From NCBI GenBank assembly GCA_963737155.1, contig CAVTRN010000002.1, positions 960,001 to 1,024,000 on the forward strand: DNA of 64,000 nt, given 5' to 3'. The position numbers and the translations under genes were made by a program. Below are positions 9,226 to 19,828 of the stretch, piece after piece (position 1 is the stretch's first letter; the number at the start of each line of letters is the position of its first letter). The notes below the pieces were generated by a model. The model saw only the letters and a list, made by a program, of their open reading frames with translations, was not told the origin of the DNA and did not search any database. This DNA comes from Nitrospirota bacterium. Its GTDB lineage: Bacteria; Nitrospirota; UBA9217.

Positions 9226-9351
9226 TAAACTTGCCATTCCCCGCAGCTTCCTGCGGGCCACCTTGTAGAGGGAAGAGTGAGAGAAACCGTAGGTTTCTCT
9301 GTTGAAAAATCTGCTTTGATACCCCCGCCAGCTCGCTGCGAGGTGTTTATT
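9226..9351. repeat. ~125-bp three-hairpin dispersed repeat, copy A (MITE-like)
   Basis: Aligns end to end with 43778-43903; hairpins CCCGCAG/CTGCGGG and AGAGAAACC/GGTTTCTCT. Confidence 0.85.
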
Positions 9352-10123
9352 GGATGGTAAAAGAGAAGGTTCTCACCACGTAATAATTTGTAACATAAGG
9401 CGTGTGAAAGGTCAAGAAAAAAAATAATATTTTAAACATTTTTTAATGGTCTAATATTGTACTATCTAAAAATTGAAACAAAAAAATAGTGTTTTAATGC
9501 TGAGGGAACTGGGTTTCTCGGCAGGACTTTTTGCTCCGGATTTTACCTCGTCTACGTTGTTTCCCAACGGTTTGTATCGGCAGGGTATGCTGAACTTCCG
9601 TCAGAGGAAATGGTATTCCTGTAAAGTTAAGTGTTTCCTCGTGTAAATTGCCGCTTGGCACAGCCTGCGGTCAAAAATATAGCTGCCGGATGCGGAGGTG
9701 GGAACAGAAGTAAAAAAAGATGGAAAGAGAATAATCAATCGCGTCGGGACGTGGCTATTCACCATCCGGCTACGGCGTGGTGCTTCAGGCAAATAATAAG
9801 GGGCATTCGGATTTTTCGGTTAGTCCATAGAGTTGGTCGAAAGAAATTCTTCTGGGGTCATTAAGTCAATGACCTCTTTGCGTGGGAACAAATATCAACC
9901 AGATAGACCTAAATATCCTTTCTATCAGAATTTTACAGTTATCAACCATTAAATCCGAATACCCATAATAAATAATAGTTCTTGAATGTGCTGTGTAAAA
10001 AGAGGATAATAAAAAAAGAAATGTGCATTCACGCTGCTGCGATACTGTCCCCAACAAGCTAAATTTTCGTTCGGGCTCTCCTGGTACGTGAAAAACACCT
10101 GGTTATGCTTCAAGGAGACCATA

Positions 10124-11629
10124 ATGAACATACTTCTCGTCTATCCGCAGTATCCCATAACCTTCTGGAGCTTCAAGTACGCTCTAAAGTTTATCGCAAA
10201 GAAAGCGAGCTTGCCGCCCCTGGGACTTATGACTGTTGCCGCCATGCTACCCCCGGCGTGGGAGCAGCGACTCATTGATCTGAACACCAAGAAGCTAAAG
10301 GACGCCGATCTGCTCTGGGCAGACTACGTGATGATTTCCGCCATGTCCATCCAGAAGGACTCCGCCGATGCGATTATTGAGCGCTGCCGACGGCTCGGTG
10401 TGAAAGTGATCGCCGGCGGCCCGCTCTTCACCGCCCATCAGGGGGATTATGGTCATGTGGACCACCTAGTGCTGAACGAGGCCGAGGTCACTCTGCCACA
10501 GTTCCTTACCGACCTGGAACAGGGGCGGCCGCAGCGGGTGTATACCTCTGAGCGCTGGGCGGACCTCGCCAAGACCCCCTCGCCACGCTTCGATCTCGTG
10601 GATATGAAACATTATGCTTCCATGAACATCCAATATTCCCGTGGATGCCCCTTTGACTGCGATTTCTGCAACATAACGGTGCTCTACGGCCGGGCACCGC
10701 GGACCAAGGGCGCGGCACAGATCGTGGCCGAACTCGATGCGCTCTACCTCCGGGGCTGGCGGAGCAGCGTTTTCATCGTGGACGACAACTTCATTGGGAA
10801 CAAGGGGAAGCTCAAGAATGAGGTGCTGCCGGCCATCATTGCTTGGATGGAGCAGCGCAGGCATCCTTTCAAGCTCTATACTGAAGTGTCCATTAATCTT
10901 GCCGACGATGAGGGACTGATGGCACTCATGGTTCGTGCTGGGTTCGACCAGGTGTTCGTGGGCATCGAATCCCCGAACGAGGAAAGCCTTGCTGAGTGCA
11001 GCAAGCGCCAGAACCGGAACCGCGATCTGATCGCGAACGTCCGTAAGATCCAGCACGCCGGCCTCGAGGTCCAGGCAGGGTTCATCGTGGGGTTCGACAA
11101 GGATCCCGCTGCGATCTTCGAGCGGCTGATTGCCTTCATCCAGGAGAGCGGCATTGTGACCGCCATGGTGGGGCTTTTGAACGCTCCGGTGGGCACCAAA
11201 TTGCACCGACGCCTGGAGCAGGAGGGCCGAATCATCACGACTGTAAGTGGCGATAACACCGACTTCTCGATTAACTTCGTCCCGAAAATGAGCAGCGACG
11301 CCCTCGTCAGCGGATATCGGCGGATCCTGGGTACCATCTATTCACCCAAGCATTATTACGCACGGGTTCGGAAGTTCCTGCAGGAGTACCGGCCGCCGCG
11401 GAAGACCGGAGGCCGCCTCCGGCTCATGCATGTACGGGCCGTGGTCCAGTCCATTGTTCGACTCGGCATCATCGGCAGGGAACGTTATCAGTACTGGAAA
11501 TTGTTTTTCTGGTCCCTGTTCCGGAGGCCGCGGCTCTTTCCGCTCGCCATCACTCTCTCGATTTACGGCTTCCATTTTCGCCAGGTCTTCCGGCGTCACG
11601 AGAAGCGGTACCGTACGGAGCGCATATAA
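10124..11629 (+). CDS. B12-binding radical SAM protein (DUF4070-type)
   Basis: PPLGL B12-binding N-terminus; RGCPFDCDFC (CX3CX2C); DDNF; RBS AAGGAG before ATG at 10124. Confidence 0.92.
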   Translation: MNILLVYPQYPITFWSFKYALKFIAKKASLPPLGLMTVAAMLPPAWEQRLIDLNTKKLKDADLLWADYVMISAMSIQKDSADAIIERCRRLGVKVIAGGPLFTAHQGDYGHVDHLVLNEAEVTLPQFLTDLEQGRPQRVYTSERWADLAKTPSPRFDLVDMKHYASMNIQYSRGCPFDCDFCNITVLYGRAPRTKGAAQIVAELDALYLRGWRSSVFIVDDNFIGNKGKLKNEVLPAIIAWMEQRRHPFKLYTEVSINLADDEGLMALMVRAGFDQVFVGIESPNEESLAECSKRQNRNRDLIANVRKIQHAGLEVQAGFIVGFDKDPAAIFERLIAFIQESGIVTAMVGLLNAPVGTKLHRRLEQEGRIITTVSGDNTDFSINFVPKMSSDALVSGYRRILGTIYSPKHYYARVRKFLQEYRPPRKTGGRLRLMHVRAVVQSIVRLGIIGRERYQYWKLFFWSLFRRPRLFPLAITLSIYGFHFRQVFRRHEKRYRTERI

Positions 11630-11932
11630 CTTGCGGGGATCATCGAGGGGAGCCCCTTTGCTGAAATCTGTGCCAGCATGTCTGCTTTGACCGTATCTAA
11701 AACCAGCGCATTATAGGGACGGTATCAAAGCTGGACCGATCCGCAAATTCATTTATTAATTCAGACAGGCTGACATTCGGAGCAACCATGTCGGCGCCGG
11801 ATGTCCGCATTCCCAATTTCCAACCTCAAAAAAATACCAATAAAACACAGAAATACAAGAGTCATAAACCCCCGCATTAAAGCGTCTCGTTATAAAAAAT
11901 CAAAATTGGCCTTAATAATGTGCCGATAATTC

Positions 11933-12004
11933 AGGATAAAATAAGTCCTAAATTATGACTTGACATGTTTTCCTCTTTATGTTAATAAGGACTAAATAAG
12001 TCCT
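11933..12004 (+). promoter_or_regulatory. Two 17-bp imperfect palindromic operator candidates flanking a TTGACA box
   Basis: AGGATAAAATAAGTCCT (11933-11949) and AGGACTAAATAAGTCCT (11988-12004); TTGACA at 11960. Confidence 0.55.
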
Positions 12005-12830
12005 ATATTATTTTAAGGAGCGAAACTACCGCTGTGTGACGGAAGTCCAGAAGTATTGTCCTAACACTATGCTGGTAAGCCGCGGAATATCCCGATGGTC
12101 CAATGCTATGTTTCGAGAATTGGCTCATGATGTGCTTTGGCGTTGATTTGGTGGCCGCTAGGCGAGAGAATCACCTGATATTGTTAGATTGTGAACAGCC
12201 GGATGGATCTTGTTCGCTTTTTTTGAGGATGCGGAGTGGAAAGCACCTTGCTGCAATTGCGGCAGTATCAAAGAACTGCCAACAACGCCTTCCCGATTAT
12301 TCAGGCAATGAGGACGACAGGTATCATCGGCGGTCGCACGGGCCGGGTTCACGTCGAATTGCTGGAAGGGCATGCATCTGACACGTTCTGCAAACGGTCG
12401 GATAACGCCGTCAATATATACGCCTCATTTTAAAAAGAATTGTTTCCCCAGATCTGTAATTTTATGCCCACGCTCTACGTCATCCTGGCCAGGGGCCTTG
12501 ATCTCCACGGAGTCAAGTATGGGTAAAGACAAGCTTCAGGACGGGAGGCCAAAAGTGAAAGCCCGACTATCGGTTTGCTCTCTGCTATAATATAAGGCGT
12601 ACGCCTAGGCGATCGCACGGTTCGTTGTTTTACAGATGGGTTGCTCTGCAGACCCATTTACTTATCCGTTGAGAGGAGTTCTTCGCTGAAGGGGCTGAAG
12701 TGATAGAAGGAGGAGGGAAAACGGTATTGCTAAACTTCTATAATATATCATTTTTGTCCAAAAGTTCTTGTGTTCTAAATTAAGAAATTTACAGCTGCAA
12801 TTGTCCTGATTCGATGAGAAGGAGGTTCCT

Positions 12831-14138
12831 ATGGACGTCGTATCGTTAAGCAGGTTACAGTTCGCCGTAACGAGCATGTTCCACTTCATATTCGTCCCGC
12901 TGACGCTGGGGCTGTCAATCATGACAGCTTACATGGAAACGCGCTGGGTGCAAACGGGGAATGAAACGTATTTGAAAATGACCAAGTTCTGGGGGAAGCT
13001 GTTCCTGATTAACTTCGCCCTCGGCGTAGTCACGGGCATCACCATGGAGTTCCAGTTCGGCATGAATTGGGCGGAATACTCCAAGTACGTGGGGGACATT
13101 TTTGGGGCGCCTCTTGCTATTGAAGCGACGGTTGCATTTTTCATGGAATCGGTCTTTATAGGCCTTTGGATATTCGGCTGGAACCGTGTCTCGAAAAAAG
13201 TACATGCCCTCTCCATCTGGCTGGTGGCGTTTGCGACCAATCTGTCGGCACTCTGGATACTTCTGGCCAACGGATGGATGCAGCATCCGGTAGGGTATGT
13301 GCTCAGGAACGGTCGTGCGGAAATGGTGGATTTCGGAGCTCTCATCACGAACCCTACTGGATGGTATAAGTTCTTGCACACCGTGACGTCAGGTTACGTG
13401 GTAGCGGCTTTCTTTGTTATGGGGATCTCCGCCTATCACCTTTTGCGGAAGAACGAGGTCGAGTTTTTTAAGCGGTCCTTCCGAATGGCAGCCTTCTTCG
13501 GACTCGTTTCCACCATCCTCGTGGCAATAGGCGGGGATTTCTCTGCCGCCAATATGGCCAAAACCCAGCCAACCAAATTCGCAGCCGCAGAGTCAATCTG
13601 GGAGACGCAAAAAGGCGCGGGATTTAACTTCATCGTTTTTCCGAACGCGGAGCGCGAATGCAATCAGGTAGAGGGTCTCTGCATACCGAATGGCCTCAGC
13701 CTACTTGCGTTCCATACTCCCAATGCCGAGATTAAGGGGCTCAAGGCCTTTCCCAAGGAGGAACGGCCGCCGGTCGGCCCCACCTTCGTCAGCTTTCGGC
13801 TGATGTTCACCTTGGGATTCATTTTGATACTGCTTTCCCTCCTGGCCGTTGTGTATGGAAGAAAAGACACGTTGGTTTCACATCGGTTCTTTCTGACCAT
13901 TATGCTCTATGCCATTCCGCTTCCGTATCTTGCTGCCCAACTCGGATGGATCGTGGCTGAAGTGGGCAGGCAGCCTTGGATCGTATATGGTGTGCTGAAA
14001 ACATCTGCGGCAGTTTCACAATCCATCAGTACGGCGCAGGTCTGGGTTTCCCTGCTTGGCTTTACCCTACTCTATGGCAGTCTGGGAGTGGTCGACGTGT
14101 ATCTGTTGACGAGGTACGCGAAAAAAGGGCCGCAATGA
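12831..14138 (+). CDS. cydA: Cytochrome bd ubiquinol oxidase subunit I
   Basis: LSRLQFA..FHFIFVPLT, GITMEFQFG, QPTKFAAAE, EVGRQPW. Confidence 0.97.
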   Translation: MDVVSLSRLQFAVTSMFHFIFVPLTLGLSIMTAYMETRWVQTGNETYLKMTKFWGKLFLINFALGVVTGITMEFQFGMNWAEYSKYVGDIFGAPLAIEATVAFFMESVFIGLWIFGWNRVSKKVHALSIWLVAFATNLSALWILLANGWMQHPVGYVLRNGRAEMVDFGALITNPTGWYKFLHTVTSGYVVAAFFVMGISAYHLLRKNEVEFFKRSFRMAAFFGLVSTILVAIGGDFSAANMAKTQPTKFAAAESIWETQKGAGFNFIVFPNAERECNQVEGLCIPNGLSLLAFHTPNAEIKGLKAFPKEERPPVGPTFVSFRLMFTLGFILILLSLLAVVYGRKDTLVSHRFFLTIMLYAIPLPYLAAQLGWIVAEVGRQPWIVYGVLKTSAAVSQSISTAQVWVSLLGFTLLYGSLGVVDVYLLTRYAKKGPQ

Positions 14139-14181
14139 CAAGCTCTCAGCAAAGTTTATTAGAAAAGAGAGGAGGCATAAT

Positions 14182-15210
14182 ATGGAATTTCAGGTGATTT
14201 GGTTTGTTCTTTGGGCTGTGTTATGGGCTGTATACTTTATGCTCGATGGCTTCGTACTGGGTTCCGGGATGCTGCACAATTTTCTCGGGAAGAGCGATGC
14301 GGAGAAACGTGTTATGATCAATGCAGTGGGCCCCGTGTGGGACGGAAACGAGGTCTGGCTCCTTACGGCAGGCGGCGCCACGTTTGCGGCCTTTCCCAGA
14401 ACTTATGCATTGATGTTCAGCTACCTTTATACCGCCCTGCTCCTTTTGCTCTTTGCACTGATCATCCGTGGGGTATCAATTGAATTCCGGGGAAAGGGCG
14501 AAGGTGCCGGATGGAAAAAAGCGTGGGATATCGGCATCGGGGTAGGCAGCTTTTTGCCGGCGCTGCTGTTCGGCGTGGCTTTTGGGAACATATTTGAAGG
14601 CCTGGCCATGGATGCCGCCGGGTATCACGGGTCGCTCATCTCGCTGCTGAATATTTATGGATTGATCACGGGCCTGCTTTTTGTTTTGCTTTTCCTAGTT
14701 CACGGCTCGTTGTACCTCAGCTTAAAAACCACAGACGATTTGAGCAAAAAAGCCGCCAATACGGCGAAGAAGACATGGCCGGTCCTCCTGATTGTCGCCG
14801 TCGTATTCCTGATCGCAACGGCTTTTGCGACGAGGTTGTATGACAACTACCTGGCAACGCCGTTGTTGCTCATTGTCCCGATCATCGCGGTCAGCGCTCT
14901 GATCGGCATGAGAATATTCATGGCGAAGGGGGCCAATCTGCTCGCTTTTGCCTCGTCCTGCATTACGGTGGTGGCGGTGGTTTTTACCGGTGTAATCGGG
15001 CTGTTCCCGAACCTGATCCCGTCGAGCATAGATGCTGCCTCCAGTCTTACGATCTATAATTCATCGTCCAGCGCCTATACGCTGAAGATAATGACCGTTG
15101 TGGCGTTTATTTTCGTACCTATCATCATTGCGTATAAAATCTGGGTCTACAGGATTTTCCGTGGCCGGCTCAGTGTGGATGACTTAATAAAAGATCGGGA
15201 AGCATACTGA
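14182..15210 (+). CDS. cydB: Cytochrome bd ubiquinol oxidase subunit II
   Basis: LDGFVLG, GPVWDGNEVWL, FAAFP; follows cydA. Confidence 0.97.
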   Translation: MEFQVIWFVLWAVLWAVYFMLDGFVLGSGMLHNFLGKSDAEKRVMINAVGPVWDGNEVWLLTAGGATFAAFPRTYALMFSYLYTALLLLLFALIIRGVSIEFRGKGEGAGWKKAWDIGIGVGSFLPALLFGVAFGNIFEGLAMDAAGYHGSLISLLNIYGLITGLLFVLLFLVHGSLYLSLKTTDDLSKKAANTAKKTWPVLLIVAVVFLIATAFATRLYDNYLATPLLLIVPIIAVSALIGMRIFMAKGANLLAFASSCITVVAVVFTGVIGLFPNLIPSSIDAASSLTIYNSSSSAYTLKIMTVVAFIFVPIIIAYKIWVYRIFRGRLSVDDLIKDREAY

Positions 15211-15239
15211 GAAGAACGTCTAGTCGCGCGCAAGCCTGA

Positions 15240-15269
15240 TGCGGCAGGAGATTATCGGCTCCTGCCGCA
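15240..15269 (+). terminator. Stem-loop after cydB
   Basis: TGCGGCAGGAG/CTCCTGCCGCA 11-bp inverted repeat; weak U tract. Confidence 0.5.
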
Positions 15270-15426
15270 GTGTTCTTATCACCTGAATCCTCAAGCGCAA
15301 TAAAAGTTTAAACTGCCAAAGAAATGTGAAGCACATTTAATTTGATTGATGTCCCGGTTTGACCTTATGTGGTGCGACGCATAAGGCCGTCTTTTCCCCT
15401 CCTGACAAGAAACAAAGAATCCCCTC

Positions 15427-15455
15427 TTGACCCGGTGCCCTCCTTTCTGTATGAT
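15427..15455 (+). promoter_or_regulatory. Candidate sigma70 promoter
   Basis: TTGACC-N17-TATGAT upstream of the ATG at 15489. Confidence 0.5.
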
Positions 15456-15488
15456 TCATGAAGAACTGCCGTCCATTCAGGAATTACC

Positions 15489-16658
15489 ATGACAATAAAT
15501 AGCGCCATATTCGAGAGCCGCACGGATTTCAATGAAGATATTCAGCCCACGCCTAAGGATCTTGCGGCATTTCTTGCGAATCCTGGCAAGGCAGTCGGCG
15601 AGGATCCGCGTATCAACGATCTGGATGTTTACCGAAAGTTTCTCAAAGAGGCCGATGAATATAAGCAACACCAGGTATCAGCGGCGCCGGACATCCAGCA
15701 GCGGATATTGTTCGGCGTGCTCGACCATACAAAATTCATCAACCCTGTACTCCTGTCGGAAGTGGAGATGTATGCCTATCAAGTGCACAGACTCGAGTCC
15801 CTCGATTTTAAGAACCCTGCGACATTCATCAAGGCGGCGGAACATGAAATGACCCGCCTCAGCATAAAGAAAATCAACGATGTGATGAGGATGGAAAGAC
15901 TCCGGCAAATGATCGCGGAACGGAAAAAGGTTCTCGCAATACTCAAGAAACAGTGGTTGGAAATAACCCCTGAACTGCGCCGTATCGCGCTGTATGTGAG
16001 GCAAAATCTGGTCAGGCTTGAAAAACTCTGCGAAACGTCAGTCGTCATTCTCGCGGAAGCCGGCATCGGGCGAACAAAGGAAAAGCAGCTGATTGAAAAT
16101 GTTAATAACTTTTTCAGGGAGCTTCTGAAAAGAGCCCTGCACCAGGGCAAGATTACCAGGCAGAACCTGGAAAAAGCCAGGGATGAAGTGGAGATGGTAA
16201 CAACGGAGTTGTCAGTACTCATCACCGAGGATGGTGACGCTCTTACAAAATGGTATGAAACGATACATGATCATGTAAAAGCGTCGTCGAAGGACATTGC
16301 CGGCTTGCTGGCCGACATCGAAAGCAAAAAGAGTGGGACTGTTCTGGAGAACCTCAGGCTTTTCAAGCAGCTTGAGCATGTCCTCGTGTCGCTTTTGTCG
16401 GGTTGTCGCCTTGAAATAAAACCGGCCAGGATTGGCCAGGGTACGCCGCACGACAGCATTGTCAATGCAAAAAGAATGGAGATGCTCGACTATCTCTTTG
16501 AACAGGTGCATAAGGAGCGCAGGACCCGGTCGGACCGCAGGGGCCGGCCGAATCGGAGGAAAGCAAATGATTCGAACTATCAGGGGCCTGAAAGGAGAAG
16601 CGGTCGGGACAGACGAAGCGTAAAAAGCCGCAGAAGCTCGATGGCTGCATCTCTATGA
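15489..16658 (+). CDS. Hypothetical helical/coiled-coil protein with C-terminal (E/D)RR repeats
   Basis: 389-aa ORF ending ERRTRSDRR..NRR..YQGPERRSGRDRR; overlaps next gene by 4 nt. Confidence 0.75.
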   Translation: MTINSAIFESRTDFNEDIQPTPKDLAAFLANPGKAVGEDPRINDLDVYRKFLKEADEYKQHQVSAAPDIQQRILFGVLDHTKFINPVLLSEVEMYAYQVHRLESLDFKNPATFIKAAEHEMTRLSIKKINDVMRMERLRQMIAERKKVLAILKKQWLEITPELRRIALYVRQNLVRLEKLCETSVVILAEAGIGRTKEKQLIENVNNFFRELLKRALHQGKITRQNLEKARDEVEMVTTELSVLITEDGDALTKWYETIHDHVKASSKDIAGLLADIESKKSGTVLENLRLFKQLEHVLVSLLSGCRLEIKPARIGQGTPHDSIVNAKRMEMLDYLFEQVHKERRTRSDRRGRPNRRKANDSNYQGPERRSGRDRRSVKSRRSSMAASL

Positions 16659-18865
16659 AAAGATACTGTTACTGTCTGTTTCTGGCGATATTTCTTTGTT
16701 CATGCGGCGGGCGTTTCCCGTTGTTGCCAAGAGAGCGAGAGCAGAATCCTTTTTCCTATTGTGACTTGCTCAATGTGCCTTCGCAACCCTATCCTATCCT
16801 GAAACCGAAAACCTATCTCGGCATATACCTGGCTTCCCAGAAAGTTGAAAAAGCCCCCCCGCAATGCAAGGAAAACTATTTTGTGCAGGTTGGCGGGATC
16901 ATAAACGGTTCTCCGGCGGCAAAGTCCGGTCTTATGAACGAGGATGTCATCCTGTCACTGAATAATAATCCCATCTGCGGTGACGCGGTTCATGTCGCGC
17001 AATTATTTAAAAAAATGATCGAGCGGGAACAAATCGGATCTCTCGCCATGCTTGAAATTCTTCGCGGCGATCGTACGCTATCGATCCCCGTCACACTGGA
17101 GGAGCTGCCCACCCATGAGCAGAGGGAGGCGAGTCATCCTGAAATCGGGACATGCCCAACCCAAACCTCTTTGCTGGACAATGCCCTGGTCGCGCAAGGA
17201 GCACTTCCCGCATTGAAAGTTGTTTACGACGGCTTGTATGAGCGGTCGGACATCGTTCACAACCCCGGATCGGCACTGGAAAATAAATCGCATCCGCTCC
17301 AGCTGGAAGAAGTGACCTACCTGTTGCGGCACCCCCTGCAGGCTGGAGAAGTCGCGAAAGAATTGTCTCACAGCATCAGCGAGCCTTTCGAAAACGATGA
17401 CTGGAATCCCGCTGAGGGCGTGCGTCGCGCCGCGGCACTTGTCGATGTGAGCCTCCCGTCTCCGGAAAAACCGGAGGAAATCACGTTTCCCGCGCTCCTT
17501 CATGTTATGGAAGAAACAAAGAAGAGAATTGACGCCGCTCTGTCCAATCTGACGCCGGATGAAAAAAAGCTGTTGGAGGAAAAGGCCCTCAATCCCTCAG
17601 ACGACAGCCAATGGAACAGGATACTGGAAGTCTCCCTGAAGGTGGATCGCACCGCGCTGTTCCAAGCCTTTACTCCTTTCCTCGCTTTTCTCACACGCGA
17701 CAATCTGTCGCTTTTAAAAGCGGATGTGATAAAGCGTTTTGGCGGAAACAAAGGACCCATTCTCTATGAAGCCATGAGCCCCATCGGCAAGGTGATAGTC
17801 GGCGGTAAGGGGCCGAACGTATATACCGACGATGCTGCACTTATTCTCGATCTTGGCGGTGACGACCTCTATCTCAACAATGCAGGCGGGACAAGGCCCG
17901 GCATGCCACTCGCTTTAGTCATAGACTGGGGAGGAAACAACCGCTACATAAGCAAGGAAAATTTCTCCCAGGGTGCCGGCCTCTTGGGCGGCGGCTTTCT
18001 GATCGATCTTGGCGGCAACGCCACCTTCATTTCACGGGATGGCAGCCAGGGCGCGGGCTTCTGGGGGATCGGTCTCCTTTATCACGGCGATGGAACAGGA
18101 GTATTCAGCTCCCGGGAATTCAGCCAGGGTACGGGACAGATGGGTATCGGAATTCTTGTGAGCAGAAAAGGGGATGACCAATATCTTTGCTCGTACGGGG
18201 GGCAGGGGCTGGGACTGTTTGGAGGGGCGGGAATCCTGTTTGATGAAGCAGGTAACGATTTTTATCAGCTGGGAGGCCTGGAACCGGATTTTCGTGATCC
18301 CAAGATGTCTACGCAAAGCATGGGCCAGGGGTTCGGCTTGGGAGAAAGACCGGATAAAGACAAGAACGGGGTGCCAGGCGGCGTTGGTATGCTGATCAAT
18401 GGCGGTGGAAATGACACCTATATTGCCGACTATTTTGCCCAGGGAGCATCCTATTATTATGGTTTGGGCATCCTGGACGACAGGACGGGCAATGACCAGT
18501 ATATATCGGGACGCTATAGCCAGGGCGCGGGGATCCATTCCTCTATCGGCGTTCTCATTGACCGTTCGGGTAATAATTTCTATTATAACTCCTTCGGGGT
18601 GGGACAGGGGATGGGACACGATTACGGCGTCGGATTTTTCGAGGATGACGGCGGAGAGGACCATTATCAGGGAGGGACTCTGGTGCAGGGTGCGGCAACA
18701 AATGGGGGTCTCGGAATATTTATTGATTTGGCGGGAAAAGAGGAACATTCCTTCGTCAGCCAAGGGCAGGGATATGTTGAAGGGGAAAAGGGGATCGGCA
18801 TTTATATTAGCGGGGGAAGCCTTGAACAAGCACCTGCCATCAAGATCGGGACAGGGAAGGAATGA
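16655..18865 (+). CDS. Lipoprotein with PDZ domain and Gly-rich (GxDxY / QGxG) repeats
   Basis: Lipobox FLCSC; PDZ motif GSPAAKSGLMNEDVILSLN; repeated D-xxGND-xY and SQGAG units. Confidence 0.8.
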   Translation: MKRYCYCLFLAIFLCSCGGRFPLLPREREQNPFSYCDLLNVPSQPYPILKPKTYLGIYLASQKVEKAPPQCKENYFVQVGGIINGSPAAKSGLMNEDVILSLNNNPICGDAVHVAQLFKKMIEREQIGSLAMLEILRGDRTLSIPVTLEELPTHEQREASHPEIGTCPTQTSLLDNALVAQGALPALKVVYDGLYERSDIVHNPGSALENKSHPLQLEEVTYLLRHPLQAGEVAKELSHSISEPFENDDWNPAEGVRRAAALVDVSLPSPEKPEEITFPALLHVMEETKKRIDAALSNLTPDEKKLLEEKALNPSDDSQWNRILEVSLKVDRTALFQAFTPFLAFLTRDNLSLLKADVIKRFGGNKGPILYEAMSPIGKVIVGGKGPNVYTDDAALILDLGGDDLYLNNAGGTRPGMPLALVIDWGGNNRYISKENFSQGAGLLGGGFLIDLGGNATFISRDGSQGAGFWGIGLLYHGDGTGVFSSREFSQGTGQMGIGILVSRKGDDQYLCSYGGQGLGLFGGAGILFDEAGNDFYQLGGLEPDFRDPKMSTQSMGQGFGLGERPDKDKNGVPGGVGMLINGGGNDTYIADYFAQGASYYYGLGILDDRTGNDQYISGRYSQGAGIHSSIGVLIDRSGNNFYYNSFGVGQGMGHDYGVGFFEDDGGEDHYQGGTLVQGAATNGGLGIFIDLAGKEEHSFVSQGQGYVEGEKGIGIYISGGSLEQAPAIKIGTGKE

Positions 18866-19053
18866 AAAGGTTTTGGCGGATGGATCATAAATTTTGGGTC
18901 ACATTGTTTTGAGGTTTTAATCTTCGGCCCATGGCCATGCTTAAGTATCAGTATAATATTATCTTGATTTTACAATCAGTGACACAAACAGTGATAACCT
19001 TGACTTTGACCTTTTTACTCATATAATAATTGCATATATTAGAGGTGCATAAT

Positions 19054-19280
19054 ATGCGTGTAACATTAAACATACCTGATGACTTTACTGCTGAGGCTCA
19101 GCATGCAACCGGCGAAAAATCCGAGACTAAATCATAACTATCGCTATTCAGGAATTCATCCGACAAAAGAAAATGATGGATTGATCGCGCTCCGAGGTAA
19201 AATCAAGACCGATTACGACGGGGAAAAAGCGGAAGAACGCGAGATTAAAGCGCAGCGGGGCAGGGAGAATTTATTTATTA
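19054..19280 (+). pseudogene. Frameshifted VapB-like (DUF2191-type) antitoxin
   Basis: MRVTLNIPDDFTAEAQHATGEKSETK / IITIAIQEFIRQKKM / LIALRGKIKTDYD read in three frames; RBS GAGGTG; no toxin gene follows. Confidence 0.7.
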
Positions 19281-19353
19281 TAGAAATTCACCGAGTGGTC
19301 GACGTCTCTCGTCGTTTAGCTTATAATTTGCAAAAGAAGGAAAGGAGCACAAT

Positions 19354-19728
19354 GTGAAAAAAATCTTAAAGATCACCTTTTATTCATTTGTATTTACTCT
19401 CGCAGCCATTTCCTTTTGCAGGACCATAATGGCATGCCAGGTTGATGAATTTTTTCTCACCAAGCCGGGATATTTGGCCTCTTCCAGCCCCGAGCGGCTG
19501 CAGGAAGCAAACCGTTATGTACAGGCCGGCAACAAGAGTAAGTTGGACGACCTCATAAAAAGCAAACTTGTCCTGATGCTCAAAGACGGCGTGAAAGTGC
19601 AGGCCTTGGAATGGTCAGTTGAAGAGAAGATGATTAAAATCAAGTTCGAGGGCAGCAAAGATTTCTACTGGGTGAACGATGGAGCATTAAAGCAGATCAA
19701 AGCCATCGACACATGTGAAAAAAAATAA
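19354..19728 (+). CDS. Hypothetical exported protein
   Basis: Signal-peptide-like N-terminus; RBS AAGGAG. Confidence 0.7.
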   Translation: MKKILKITFYSFVFTLAAISFCRTIMACQVDEFFLTKPGYLASSSPERLQEANRYVQAGNKSKLDDLIKSKLVLMLKDGVKVQALEWSVEEKMIKIKFEGSKDFYWVNDGALKQIKAIDTCEKK

Positions 19729-19828
19729 AGATATGGACGTAACTTTTTTAAGCCATAAGAGCGGACAAGCGGAAATGGCGAAATAAGAACCCTGCTCGAT
19801 CTCGTAGGTAACTATCAAGAACAAGACC

